From a virus, in IMG/VR virus record IMGVR_UViG_3300030616_000506, positions 32,001 through 96,000 of that record: DNA of 64,000 bases. One strand, written 5' to 3'. Positions 10,668 through 19,373 of the stretch are shown in pieces. The position numbers and the translations under genes were made by a program. The notes beneath the pieces were generated by a model. The model was not told the DNA's origin. It did not search any database and worked only from the letters and a program-made list of their open reading frames with translations. Every line of letters begins with the position of its first letter. Position 1 is the first letter of the stretch.

Positions 10668-11755
10668 TGCCAGATGCATATGAATACTTTACGGCACCAG
10701 CAAACTCCTTTGGAATAAAGGAAGCTAAATTTATTAAGTGGCCATATTTCTGGAATCTCCTTCACAATAATGCTGTATGGCAAATGGAGGGATGGAATCC
10801 AGTAACTGAAGAGTGGCAGGATAACTATGAAGGTACTAATCTAAATAACTGGTTAGATATAGATTTAGCACCAAATGAAGATGGATCTCAGGAAAAGATT
10901 ACTTTATCCTTTACATCTCCTTATACAACCAAATATAGATTTGGATTTGCATTCAATCTTAGAGTTAAACAATACATAGATAATAGTGGTAATCATCAAT
11001 ATACTCTCACTATCCCTACATCTGATGATGAAGAGGATGAAGAGTATGAGATAATATTTGATTGGTCTGATGTAGTTCCCTTAATACAGACTGGAACTAT
11101 TACAGTAACTCATGGTATTAAAGAAGTTGGTGGTAAGAATTATTTCTGGGTAAAATTAACAGGAACTAGTAATTTAGCTGAAGGAAATACATTTGTTATT
11201 GATCCTTGGTTTGGTAGTCAAGCAGAAGGAGGAACTATTGCTAGTATAGAGGATACTTTATATTCATCTTATGTTCAGATGGCTGCTGTAGATTCTATTG
11301 CTAATAGTATTACAGTACGTATAGCTACTGGAACATATGCTAAGGGAGTTAAATGTGCAATTTATGACTCTTCTCTTAATAAAATAGCTGAGACAGAGAG
11401 CATTAGTGCATTGAGGGATATTGATTGGTATACTTTTGAATTTGATATACCACCTGAATTAACGGCTAGTGCTTGGTATTATATTTGTGTTCTTGGGGAC
11501 GGTGGCTCTGGTAATAATTATGGTTATTATGCAACAAGTGGTGGTTGGGGAGTTTGGTCAGAATCTGAAAGTTATCCAACTATTCCTGCAACACTTGGGA
11601 AGGATTCAGAAAAAGATTCAAATGGCATTTTTAATATTTATTGTACTTATACTGAAATTAGTGGAGAAGAAACTTCTCCAGTCAAAGTAAATAAAGTTCA
11701 AGGTAAATTTGTTAAATTAAATAAAGTTAGTGGTAGAAAAATTAAAATAGGATAA
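10667..11755 (+). CDS. Virion/adhesin protein, two domains, Lys-rich C-terminal tail
   Basis: Tail-module context; VIDP linker then jelly-roll-like domain (VKCAIYD...WYTFEF...WYYICV); ends VKVNKVQGKFVKLNKVSGRKIKIG. Confidence 0.6.
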   Translation: MPDAYEYFTAPANSFGIKEAKFIKWPYFWNLLHNNAVWQMEGWNPVTEEWQDNYEGTNLNNWLDIDLAPNEDGSQEKITLSFTSPYTTKYRFGFAFNLRVKQYIDNSGNHQYTLTIPTSDDEEDEEYEIIFDWSDVVPLIQTGTITVTHGIKEVGGKNYFWVKLTGTSNLAEGNTFVIDPWFGSQAEGGTIASIEDTLYSSYVQMAAVDSIANSITVRIATGTYAKGVKCAIYDSSLNKIAETESISALRDIDWYTFEFDIPPELTASAWYYICVLGDGGSGNNYGYYATSGGWGVWSESESYPTIPATLGKDSEKDSNGIFNIYCTYTEISGEETSPVKVNKVQGKFVKLNKVSGRKIKIG

Positions 11756-11805
11756 AATTATGATGGATTCATTGGATAAAATATTTTAAGAATAGAGGTA
11801 ATTAA

Positions 11806-14541
11806 ATGGCAAGTACATGGTATTCTAGTATGAGCTCTGGATCGGTGATCCACTATACTAATTGGAATAATATGGTTGATACCATATGGTGTCAAGGTGG
11901 TATTAGCGGAAGCTATGTTGGCCACTCAAGTAATACTACTACTGCTCATGGATTAGATTCCTATGCAGGCAATACTAGTCTAGTAACTCTAGGTACTGTA
12001 ACTACAGGTACTTGGAATGGTACTGCTGTTGATAGTAATTATATAACATTAGCATCTGGTGAACAATATCATTCTGCTTATATGTCGGGTAGTAAGTACA
12101 CTAATGCTTATCTATCAGGTCATTATTATACTAGAGCTTATCAAAGTGCTCAGATTGCATCTTATGGTACATCTGATGTTGATATGAGTAATCTAATAGC
12201 TAGTACAAATGCAATAACTAGATTTGCAGATTCATCTTCTATACAAACTAAATTTTTATTAAGTGGAGAAACCTTAAATGCTATATCTGCTAATAGAATA
12301 TGGGCTGGTACCGGTTATATTTCTGCACAAACTGGTATATATGCTTATTTTATATCAGCCGAAAACACTAATTTAACAGGAACTGGTATATCTGATATAG
12401 TTGAGGATACCACTCCACAACTTGGAGGTGATTTGGATGCTAATTTAAAATCCATATACAATGCAACTAGTATATCAAGTTCATCAATATCTGGAGGTTC
12501 AATAATAACTAATTCTATAGGAATAGGTACAATAAATCCATCTGCATCTATTCATATAAGATATGGATATGCTCAAGGATTACCAGTTTTAGGTACTGAT
12601 GCTAATAAAGGTTTATTAATTCAAAATAATACTGATGGAACTTCTATTGCCTCTATGACTTTAATAGGAGGTGATGGAGCTGATGCTGGTGGTGGTGCTG
12701 CAAAAATACAATTCGGTGATAATGGAAATGATGATCAGGGATATATTACTTATGAGAATGCTACAAATTCATTTAAAATAGGTGCTAATCACGGTACTAG
12801 ATTAGTCTTATCTGGCAGTAAATTATATGTAGGTGGATCAAATACAGCTTCTTATCCACTACAAGTAAATGGCTCCACATATTCCACTGCATATTCAGGT
12901 GGTGTATATGGAGATGATGCAGATCATATATTCAAAAAAGCAGGAAATCAAATATTTAAGATAAACCAAGAAGCTAATGCATATAATCACACTAATTTAT
13001 ATGGATCTGATGATACTGGAGAATTTTTATATATATATGCTAATACTAAGGATGGTTACCCTAAAATACAACTTCAAGGAAGTGGAGGTACCTATATATG
13101 GCTGAAGTCTGGAGCAGCTTCTAGAGGTCTTTATATAGCAGATGATCTTAGAGGTCAATTAATTAGAATACATGCTACTGGAGGAACTACCGATACAACT
13201 AATAAAATAATAGGTGTTGGAACTGCTGATAGACTCTTTATAGGAGGAGCTAATAAATCTTCTCCCTATATATTAATTGGTAAAAATGAAGCAAGCGAAG
13301 GTATAGAATATAATGCTGAAGGAGATCACATCTTTAAAGTTGATGGAAATAATAGATTCAAAATAGATGATGTATATATATCAACATCTACTGGTTTATA
13401 TGCAGACTGGATCTCTGGTAATAATAGTAATTTATCAATGGCTCCTGGTGGCTCAGAGGGTCAAATACAATATAATAATACTACTATGGGAGGAGCTGAC
13501 GCTTTATACTGGGATGATACAACAAATAGATTAGGTGTTGGAACTGCAAATCCATCAGCTGCAGTTCATATAGCTAGTGGAACTGCAGAGGGATTAACCG
13601 GTTTGGCTGGAAGACAAACTGGTTTATTAATACAATCTAATGAAGATGCATCTAAAAAAGCTTATATTACTTTAATTGGTGGTGATGGAGCCGGAGGAGG
13701 AGCAGGTGGTGGATCCATAGAATTTGGTGATAGTGATAGTATATCTCAGGGATCTATAACTTATGCTAATGCAGATGATGAAATGAATTTTAGTGCTGAT
13801 AATGTTAACAGTATGAATTTAGCAAAACAAAAATTATATGTTGGTGGAGCAGTCACACCAAATTATACTCTACATGTTGGTGGTACTACTCATTCAGTAG
13901 TATATTCAGGTGGGGTATATGGTGATGAAACAGATCATATGTTTAAAAAAGCTGGAAATCAAATACTTAAAATAGATGACTCTGGAGATTATACACTATT
14001 ATATGGTAAAGATGCTACTACTAATAGTTTAAAGATATATGCAAATTCAGTTGATATAAATCCTCATATAGAAGCTCATGGAAGCTCTGGATTTTATGTA
14101 TATATACCATCTGGGTCATCAAATGGATTTTTTATGGTACAACCCAGTGGGGAGGCAAATTCTCAATTATTTAAATTTTATAAAAAGGATGCTGATAGAA
14201 CCTGTTATTTAGAGGGAACAGCAGGTAATCCAGATTATGATATACTGATTAGACCTAGACCTGGAGAACCTAGTATGAGATTAGATACTGTGGATGATAC
14301 AATAGAATTTCAAGTCGGTGGTAATGATAGGTTTAAGATAGATAACACTTATATTTCAACTTCTACAGGTTTGTATGCTTATTGGATATCTACTAATTCT
14401 AATGGTATGATAAGCTCATTTGATGGAGAATCTAATAAAATAGCTGTAGTTAAATCATCTGAAGATAAAATAGTATTTAGAGATATTGTATGTACTAAAA
14501 CTGATGTTGTTGTTGCTAATAATAGTGTTGTAATGGCTTAG
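11806..14541 (+). CDS. Tail fibre / receptor-binding protein with internal duplication
   Basis: Fibre motifs SLVTLGTVTTGTWNGTAV, DIVEDTTPQLGGDLD, IGIGTINP/LGVGTANP, PGGSEGQIQYNN; GAGGT RBS. Confidence 0.8.
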   Translation: MASTWYSSMSSGSVIHYTNWNNMVDTIWCQGGISGSYVGHSSNTTTAHGLDSYAGNTSLVTLGTVTTGTWNGTAVDSNYITLASGEQYHSAYMSGSKYTNAYLSGHYYTRAYQSAQIASYGTSDVDMSNLIASTNAITRFADSSSIQTKFLLSGETLNAISANRIWAGTGYISAQTGIYAYFISAENTNLTGTGISDIVEDTTPQLGGDLDANLKSIYNATSISSSSISGGSIITNSIGIGTINPSASIHIRYGYAQGLPVLGTDANKGLLIQNNTDGTSIASMTLIGGDGADAGGGAAKIQFGDNGNDDQGYITYENATNSFKIGANHGTRLVLSGSKLYVGGSNTASYPLQVNGSTYSTAYSGGVYGDDADHIFKKAGNQIFKINQEANAYNHTNLYGSDDTGEFLYIYANTKDGYPKIQLQGSGGTYIWLKSGAASRGLYIADDLRGQLIRIHATGGTTDTTNKIIGVGTADRLFIGGANKSSPYILIGKNEASEGIEYNAEGDHIFKVDGNNRFKIDDVYISTSTGLYADWISGNNSNLSMAPGGSEGQIQYNNTTMGGADALYWDDTTNRLGVGTANPSAAVHIASGTAEGLTGLAGRQTGLLIQSNEDASKKAYITLIGGDGAGGGAGGGSIEFGDSDSISQGSITYANADDEMNFSADNVNSMNLAKQKLYVGGAVTPNYTLHVGGTTHSVVYSGGVYGDETDHMFKKAGNQILKIDDSGDYTLLYGKDATTNSLKIYANSVDINPHIEAHGSSGFYVYIPSGSSNGFFMVQPSGEANSQLFKFYKKDADRTCYLEGTAGNPDYDILIRPRPGEPSMRLDTVDDTIEFQVGGNDRFKIDNTYISTSTGLYAYWISTNSNGMISSFDGESNKIAVVKSSEDKIVFRDIVCTKTDVVVANNSVVMA
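12514..14391 (+). repeat. Tandem ~290-aa domain duplication in the fibre (about 12514-13416 and 13528-14391)
   Basis: Both copies contain GLLIQ..LIGGDGA..FGD..QG.ITY..KLYVGG..YSGGVYGD..DH.FKKAGNQI..RFKID..YISTSTGLYA.WIS. Confidence 0.9.
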
Positions 14542-14573
14542 ATTTAATAAAATTAATAAAGGAGATAATAATT

Positions 14574-14672
14574 ATGAATAATAAAAATAATAAAAGGAAT
14601 GTATATGATGTTTATTTTGGAATTGATAGAATAATGATTTATAATATGGACTTATTAAAAGGAGGTGGCTGA
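14574..14672 (+). CDS. Possible 32-aa mini-protein
   Basis: AAGGAG upstream of ATG; MNNKNNKRNVYDVYFGIDRIMIYNMDLLKGGG fills the gap. Confidence 0.3.
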   Translation: MNNKNNKRNVYDVYFGIDRIMIYNMDLLKGGG

Positions 14673-14674
14673 TA

Positions 14675-15280
14675 ATGGTTCATCATTCTGGTTTAACTGG
14701 AACTCAACTCCATAATCCTAGAGGTATTCAGTATGCTGATGATATATTAGATTGGGATTCAAATCGTTGGTTTAATTCTGGTATTATATGGAATGGTAGT
14801 TACTGGGTTCCTAAATCAAGTAGTAATACATCAGAAGGAGGATCAGCTACTCTAGATGAATTAACCGATACTAATCTAACTACTCCAGCTAGTGGAGAAA
14901 CTTTAGTATATAAAGCTGATGATGAAAAATGGGAAAATGAGCTTCCATCTCTTACTTATAATGTGGCTAACGTTATACTATATTCAGGACAATATTTAAG
15001 TATGGCTAGATATTCTACTAGTGAATGTACTTATATATGGCAAGCATCTGTTTGTAATTCAGGTGGAGCATCCGTTAGTGGACTAAATATAGAATTATTA
15101 TGTAATGATACTAGTGTTTATAAAACATCATCTGCTATTTTACAGAAAGGATATCCTCTTGATAAAGCTCAACCAGGTGAAATAGAAATTAGAATAATGC
15201 ATTCAGGTGGACATACTTATGGAAGTCAAGAACATCAACTTGAATATGGTATGGGTTTTATGCAAGTATCTGTTTATTAA
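14675..15280 (+). CDS. Minor tail/fibre-associated protein
   Basis: GGAGGTGG RBS; LDELTDTNLTTPASGETLVY....KWEN fibre-type repeat; Ser-Gly rich. Confidence 0.6.
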   Translation: MVHHSGLTGTQLHNPRGIQYADDILDWDSNRWFNSGIIWNGSYWVPKSSSNTSEGGSATLDELTDTNLTTPASGETLVYKADDEKWENELPSLTYNVANVILYSGQYLSMARYSTSECTYIWQASVCNSGGASVSGLNIELLCNDTSVYKTSSAILQKGYPLDKAQPGEIEIRIMHSGGHTYGSQEHQLEYGMGFMQVSVY

Positions 15281-15295
15281 TCTAGGGAGTAATAT

Positions 15296-15568
15296 ATGAC
15301 TAATATTAATTATCCAGAATCAGTAACTAACAATTATGAGAAAGCAGCTTTTCTTTATAGAGTTCAGGAATTATTGAGATTAGAATTCAATAATAAGGGT
15401 AAACAATATAGAGAGAAGAAAATCTCAGATGAGGATTGGAAATCCTATAAAAAGGAGTGGGATAATAAACATCTAAAGATAGTTAATGCTATGTTAGAAA
15501 TTAGATCTCAACTTCAAAATGATGATAGTTTAGAGGTTGATCTAGAAAATATCTTTACTGGTAAATAA
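15296..15568 (+). CDS. Hypothetical helical protein (possible fibre assembly chaperone)
   Basis: GGGAG RBS; charged helical 90 aa in the tail module. Confidence 0.55.
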   Translation: MTNINYPESVTNNYEKAAFLYRVQELLRLEFNNKGKQYREKKISDEDWKSYKKEWDNKHLKIVNAMLEIRSQLQNDDSLEVDLENIFTGK

Positions 15569-15570
15569 AT

Positions 15571-16263
15571 ATGCCTATAGAAGATTTTCATAAACTTTAT
15601 GTTGAACTAGATCCTAGTAGTAAAATAACTAAGAGTCACACTAGAGTAACCGCTAATTCTTTACCTAGAAATGAAGTTGCATATGTCTATAAAGACTTTG
15701 GTAAAGATTATTTTAAAGATATTATCCATCTTTTTGAAATATTTATAGGGACATATGATGCTAATTCAGAGTGTGTATTATATGGAGTAGAAAATAACTT
15801 AGGAGATTATGCCCAATGTACAGCTGCAGGTCTTGCTGGGTTCCATGCTTTAATTATAAATACAGAAAATAAGAGATATCTTTATTTTAAGGACAATGAT
15901 TCTCACAGTGATTCTAATGCTACTATTGGAATAAATACCCTTTATTATCCTAAGATAACTAGAGTTGGTACCACAGTTTCAATGGTTATTTATACAGATG
16001 CTGCTAGAACTAATATTCTTGATACTGTATCTATAACTACATCAGCTGAAGGATTGAGATATTTATATCCTTTAATGGGAGATAGTGGAGATCAAGCTGA
16101 TCAAATCTTTAATGGATATTCTCAGAATTATGATTTACAAGAAGGACATCCTTATACAAAGGGAGGAACCTACTTAGGTTCAATGAATTATGGTGATGGA
16201 ACCCATTTGAGATCATCTAATAATGGGAATAAGGATAATCTAATAGGCACTTGTTACCAATAA
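15571..16263 (+). CDS. Hypothetical virion protein, possibly ConA/lectin-like fold
   Basis: Beta-rich pattern (LYYPKITRVGTTVSMVIYTD); tail-module context. Confidence 0.5.
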   Translation: MPIEDFHKLYVELDPSSKITKSHTRVTANSLPRNEVAYVYKDFGKDYFKDIIHLFEIFIGTYDANSECVLYGVENNLGDYAQCTAAGLAGFHALIINTENKRYLYFKDNDSHSDSNATIGINTLYYPKITRVGTTVSMVIYTDAARTNILDTVSITTSAEGLRYLYPLMGDSGDQADQIFNGYSQNYDLQEGHPYTKGGTYLGSMNYGDGTHLRSSNNGNKDNLIGTCYQ

Positions 16264-16278
16264 CTTTTTATATATATA
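16256..16278 (+). promoter_or_regulatory. Possible archaeal BRE-TATA-like element upstream of 16289
   Basis: accaataactttttatatatata; spacing to ATG is somewhat short and the genome is AT-rich. Confidence 0.2.
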
Positions 16279-16288
16279 AGTAATTGAT

Positions 16289-16831
16289 ATGGCATCTGAT
16301 AAGCAAAATTATCCCAATGCTGGTCATAAAGCATTTCCCTATTTTTTTACTACTGATGAAGATGATGTTAATCCCATAGAGGGATTTTGGTTAAAGGAGC
16401 CTTACTCTCCACCCTTTGTGGAGGATTATAAATATAACTATGATCTAGCTATATTCTATAATTCTTTAGCAGGAAATGATTTTGTTGATTGTAGATGTAG
16501 CAGATGGGATATTCAGAATTATAATGTTATAGTGGAGACATGGTTAAATTCTACAGACTTAAAGAGTATTAGAGATAATATAAGACCTGGAGCTGTAGGT
16601 GAACTATATAATATATTAGGAAGACCTCGATATTACGATAAAACCTGGAGAGGTAAAAATACTCTAAGGTTATTACCTACACCATCATCTGCTAGTATGA
16701 GAACTAGTAATCTAAAAAATATGAGAGATGAGACATTAATATATGTTAAAAATATAACCACTCATCCCATAAATGAAAATTGGACTGAAATAAAAATAGA
16801 GGGAATGATTAGCGGAACTAATAGTTTATAA
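16289..16831 (+). CDS. Virion protein, 'RWD' paralog 3 with N-terminal extension
   Basis: CRCSRWDIQNYNVIVETWL...RPGAVGELYNILGRPRYYDK...IKIEGMISG, very similar to 9559-9939. Confidence 0.7.
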   Translation: MASDKQNYPNAGHKAFPYFFTTDEDDVNPIEGFWLKEPYSPPFVEDYKYNYDLAIFYNSLAGNDFVDCRCSRWDIQNYNVIVETWLNSTDLKSIRDNIRPGAVGELYNILGRPRYYDKTWRGKNTLRLLPTPSSASMRTSNLKNMRDETLIYVKNITTHPINENWTEIKIEGMISGTNSL

Positions 16832-16863
16832 AAAAGTCGAGGACTACCAAAAAAAGGCTCAAA

Positions 16864-16905
16864 TTTTGCTCGAGGATTGCCGGAAACGGCCCTCTCGCTG
16901 CAAAA
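16864..16905 (+). other. GC-rich stem-loop with GAAA tetraloop in the convergent intergenic region (terminator, structured RNA or DNA signal)
   Basis: TTTTGC-tc-GAGG-att-GCCG-GAAA-CGGC-CCTC-tcgct-GCAAAA, three nested stems. Confidence 0.6.
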
Positions 16906-16937
16906 CGTTTTTCACGAATGGTAAAGGTCCAACCATA

Positions 16938-16978
16938 TAAAAAAAGGGGTATTTTCCCTCCTGTTATAAGGAGAGAAT
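16938..16978 (-). terminator. Possible terminator of the minus-strand arm
   Basis: CTCCT-gttata-AGGAG hairpin (16958-16973) and a T7 tract on the minus strand (A run 16939-16945) downstream of the last gene. Confidence 0.35.
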
Positions 16979-17003
16979 TAAAGTGCCTCAGAATCGCTTA
17001 AAA

Positions 17004-17855
17004 TCAATCTTTATTTTTGGTGCTCATAGCACCCTTAATTTTAAGCCAATCTTTATTTTTTCTAATTTCTATATTCTTTTTCCATGATGCATCCAATACT
17101 TTTGGGTCTATGCCTAACTCTCTGGATTTATATATTAGTGATCTAAGATCCTTAGGAAAACATAATCCTCCAAAACCAAAGTCTCCATCATGTCCCGGAA
17201 CATCCATATGAGAATTACCTATTCTACCGTCAGCTAATAGCATTTTCTTTACCTCTTCAAAATCTATACCTAATTTTTGGCATATCTGATAATATTCGTT
17301 CATTAATGATACTTTAACTGAAAAGAAACAGTTGGCTGAATATTTAACCATTTCAGCTGTAGTTGGATCAGTCCAATATATAGGAGTATGGATAAATCTC
17401 TCTCTATAGAGTTTATCTACTTCACATAGATCATCTGGATCTCCCCCTATAATAATTCTAGAAGAATTTATAAAATCTAATTTTGATGTTCTTGCAGTTA
17501 AAAACTCTGGATTAAACACAATTCTTAAGTGAGGTATATTTTTTTTTATTCTCTCCGTAGTTCCAGGAGGAATAGTGGATTTTATTATAAGTATCTTTTT
17601 TGGAGTAATATATTCTCTACTTTTTTCTATTGTTTTTTCCAATATAGAAATATCACATTCTCCTGTATCAATATCAGATGGTGTAGGTACACATATAAAT
17701 ATAAAGTCACTATCCCTTATAGTCTCTTCAAATGTATTCTCAGATATAATAGGATCTATATCATATATTCTAAAATCAGCTATTTGAGCAAATCCATGTT
17801 GAATTGCTCTTCCGACCATTCCAAATCCTATAATTCCTATTATACATTTCTTCAT
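17004..17855 (-). CDS. UDP-glucose/GDP-mannose dehydrogenase family, short form
   Basis: GFGMVG, CVPTP, KSTIPPGT, NPEFL, AEMVKY..N, GFGGLCFPKD. Confidence 0.92.
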   Translation of the reverse strand: MKKCIIGIIGFGMVGRAIQHGFAQIADFRIYDIDPIISENTFEETIRDSDFIFICVPTPSDIDTGECDISILEKTIEKSREYITPKKILIIKSTIPPGTTERIKKNIPHLRIVFNPEFLTARTSKLDFINSSRIIIGGDPDDLCEVDKLYRERFIHTPIYWTDPTTAEMVKYSANCFFSVKVSLMNEYYQICQKLGIDFEEVKKMLLADGRIGNSHMDVPGHDGDFGFGGLCFPKDLRSLIYKSRELGIDPKVLDASWKKNIEIRKNKDWLKIKGAMSTKNKD

Positions 17856-18421
17856 ATCTTTTTCCTCATAACTACAAGTGTATTTCTTCTACCATATAGT
17901 TCTCTGGGTATCTTATTTTTTCCAATTGATTTTATTATATCAAAGTACTCTTCAAGTCCATATAGTGTATCTAAATTATGATAATAATCATGTATAAATA
18001 AAACTGATTTCTCATCCATATATTTGAGGGCTGCTAAAGCACAAGCTTTTCTAGATCTACCATCTATTAATATTGCATCAAATCTTTTCTCTCCAAATTT
18101 CTCTATATAATTTATGTAATTTTTATAAAATATATCATCACAATATGGATATTTATCTACCTTTTTAACTTTCGCTAGATTCATATATACATTATCATAA
18201 CGTTTAAATTTCTCTATCCTATCTTTAACTTGTAAGAAAAAGTCCTTGTCATGCTCTATACTATAGTATTTTTTTACAAATTTTGGAAAGTAGACTGTAC
18301 TACCACCTGCTCCCCACTCTAACATTATGCTATTCTTATCTAAATAAGATACAACACAAGAAATCTCTTTAAGTGTCATTAATGGAGTATCACCTAAATT
18401 TCCTTTTTTACTTATCTTCAT
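17852..18421 (-). CDS. Class I SAM-dependent methyltransferase (probable start 18421)
   Basis: LEWGAGGST, SIEHD, FDAILIDGR..R, IHD. Confidence 0.8.
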   Translation of the reverse strand: MKISKKGNLGDTPLMTLKEISCVVSYLDKNSIMLEWGAGGSTVYFPKFVKKYYSIEHDKDFFLQVKDRIEKFKRYDNVYMNLAKVKKVDKYPYCDDIFYKNYINYIEKFGEKRFDAILIDGRSRKACALAALKYMDEKSVLFIHDYYHNLDTLYGLEEYFDIIKSIGKNKIPRELYGRRNTLVVMRKKI

Positions 18422-19373
18422 ATATAATCCTTGTTCCCTCATCCTCAAAGTTAAATGGTAATTCCTTAAGATCACTTAGGGCATATCTAACATCATTCTG
18501 TTTATCTGGTTCACAATAGAATAAAATAAAACCACCAGATCCAGCTCCACATATCTTTCCACCCTTAGCTCCAGATTTTATTCCTCTATTATAAATATCA
18601 TCTATTATATTATTACTAACCTTACCAGTACTCTTCTTTATTTTCCATACTTCATTAAGATAATAACCCATATCTTTTAGGTTATCTTTAATTATATCAT
18701 CATAAATGCACTTTGCTAACCAACATAGATCAGATACATCATTATATATGTCATCATATCTTTCTTTTTGGTCCTTCAATACACTTCCAGCACATCTCGT
18801 CATACCAGTATGAAATAATAACATATTATCCTGCATTTTATTATAGGTCTCTATATCAGTAAATACTGGAGATATCTTAACTCCTTTTCTATTAAATATC
18901 AACTTATTTAGACCTCCAAAGGTACATGCATATTGATCTTGTTTACCTATTGGTTCTCCCAATATTTCTATTTCAATCTTACATGCATCTTCAGCTAATT
19001 TGGATCTATTGAAGGTTATACCCTTATATGTATATAGTGCATTAAGTAATCCAACGGTAAACGCAGAACTTGATCCTAATCCACTTCCTCCTACTGTATC
19101 TGCTAGAGATACTATTTCAAGAGGTTCTTCTATATCAGCGTACTTAAGACATTCTCTAATTATAGGATGTTTGATATCATTTATATTACTTACAGTTTCT
19201 ACATCTCTATAAACTACTCTAAACTTATCTGAATGACTTTTGGTTATCATAACATATATATATTTATCTATTGTTGTTGATATCACAAATCCATCATTAT
19301 GTTTATAGTAATTCTCTAGGTCTGATAGACCTCCAGCGAGACTTAATCTATAAGGTGTCTTAGATATTATCAT
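18408..19373 (-). CDS. hddA: GHMP kinase, D-glycero-alpha-D-manno-heptose-7-phosphate kinase-like
   Basis: KTPYRLSLAGG.SD, GSGLGSSS, IGKQDQY, GGKICGAGSGGF. Confidence 0.85.
   Translation of the reverse strand: MIISKTPYRLSLAGGLSDLENYYKHNDGFVISTTIDKYIYVMITKSHSDKFRVVYRDVETVSNINDIKHPIIRECLKYADIEEPLEIVSLADTVGGSGLGSSSAFTVGLLNALYTYKGITFNRSKLAEDACKIEIEILGEPIGKQDQYACTFGGLNKLIFNRKGVKISPVFTDIETYNKMQDNMLLFHTGMTRCAGSVLKDQKERYDDIYNDVSDLCWLAKCIYDDIIKDNLKDMGYYLNEVWKIKKSTGKVSNNIIDDIYNRGIKSGAKGGKICGAGSGGFILFYCEPDKQNDVRYALSDLKELPFNFEDEGTRIIYEDK

Larger units (their letters stand above)
10571..11775 (+). repeat. Imperfect ~65-bp repeat spanning two gene ends (about 10571-10636 and 11711-11775), 1140 bp apart
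   Basis: Shared ttaaaataggataaaattatg(t/a)tggattca core, which extends past the stop codon. Confidence 0.85.

Noticed and set aside
11469-11690. Hydrophobic nested ORF in 10667-11755
   Set aside because: No RBS, GTG start, and host-gene codon usage is ordinary here; T-ending codons readily produce such shadow ORFs. Weaker than the 51445-51660 case.
9559-16831. Diversity-generating retroelement TR/VR pair or invertible shufflon
   Set aside because: Paralog differences are largely synonymous and not adenine-specific; repeats are direct; no reverse transcriptase or recombinase in the window
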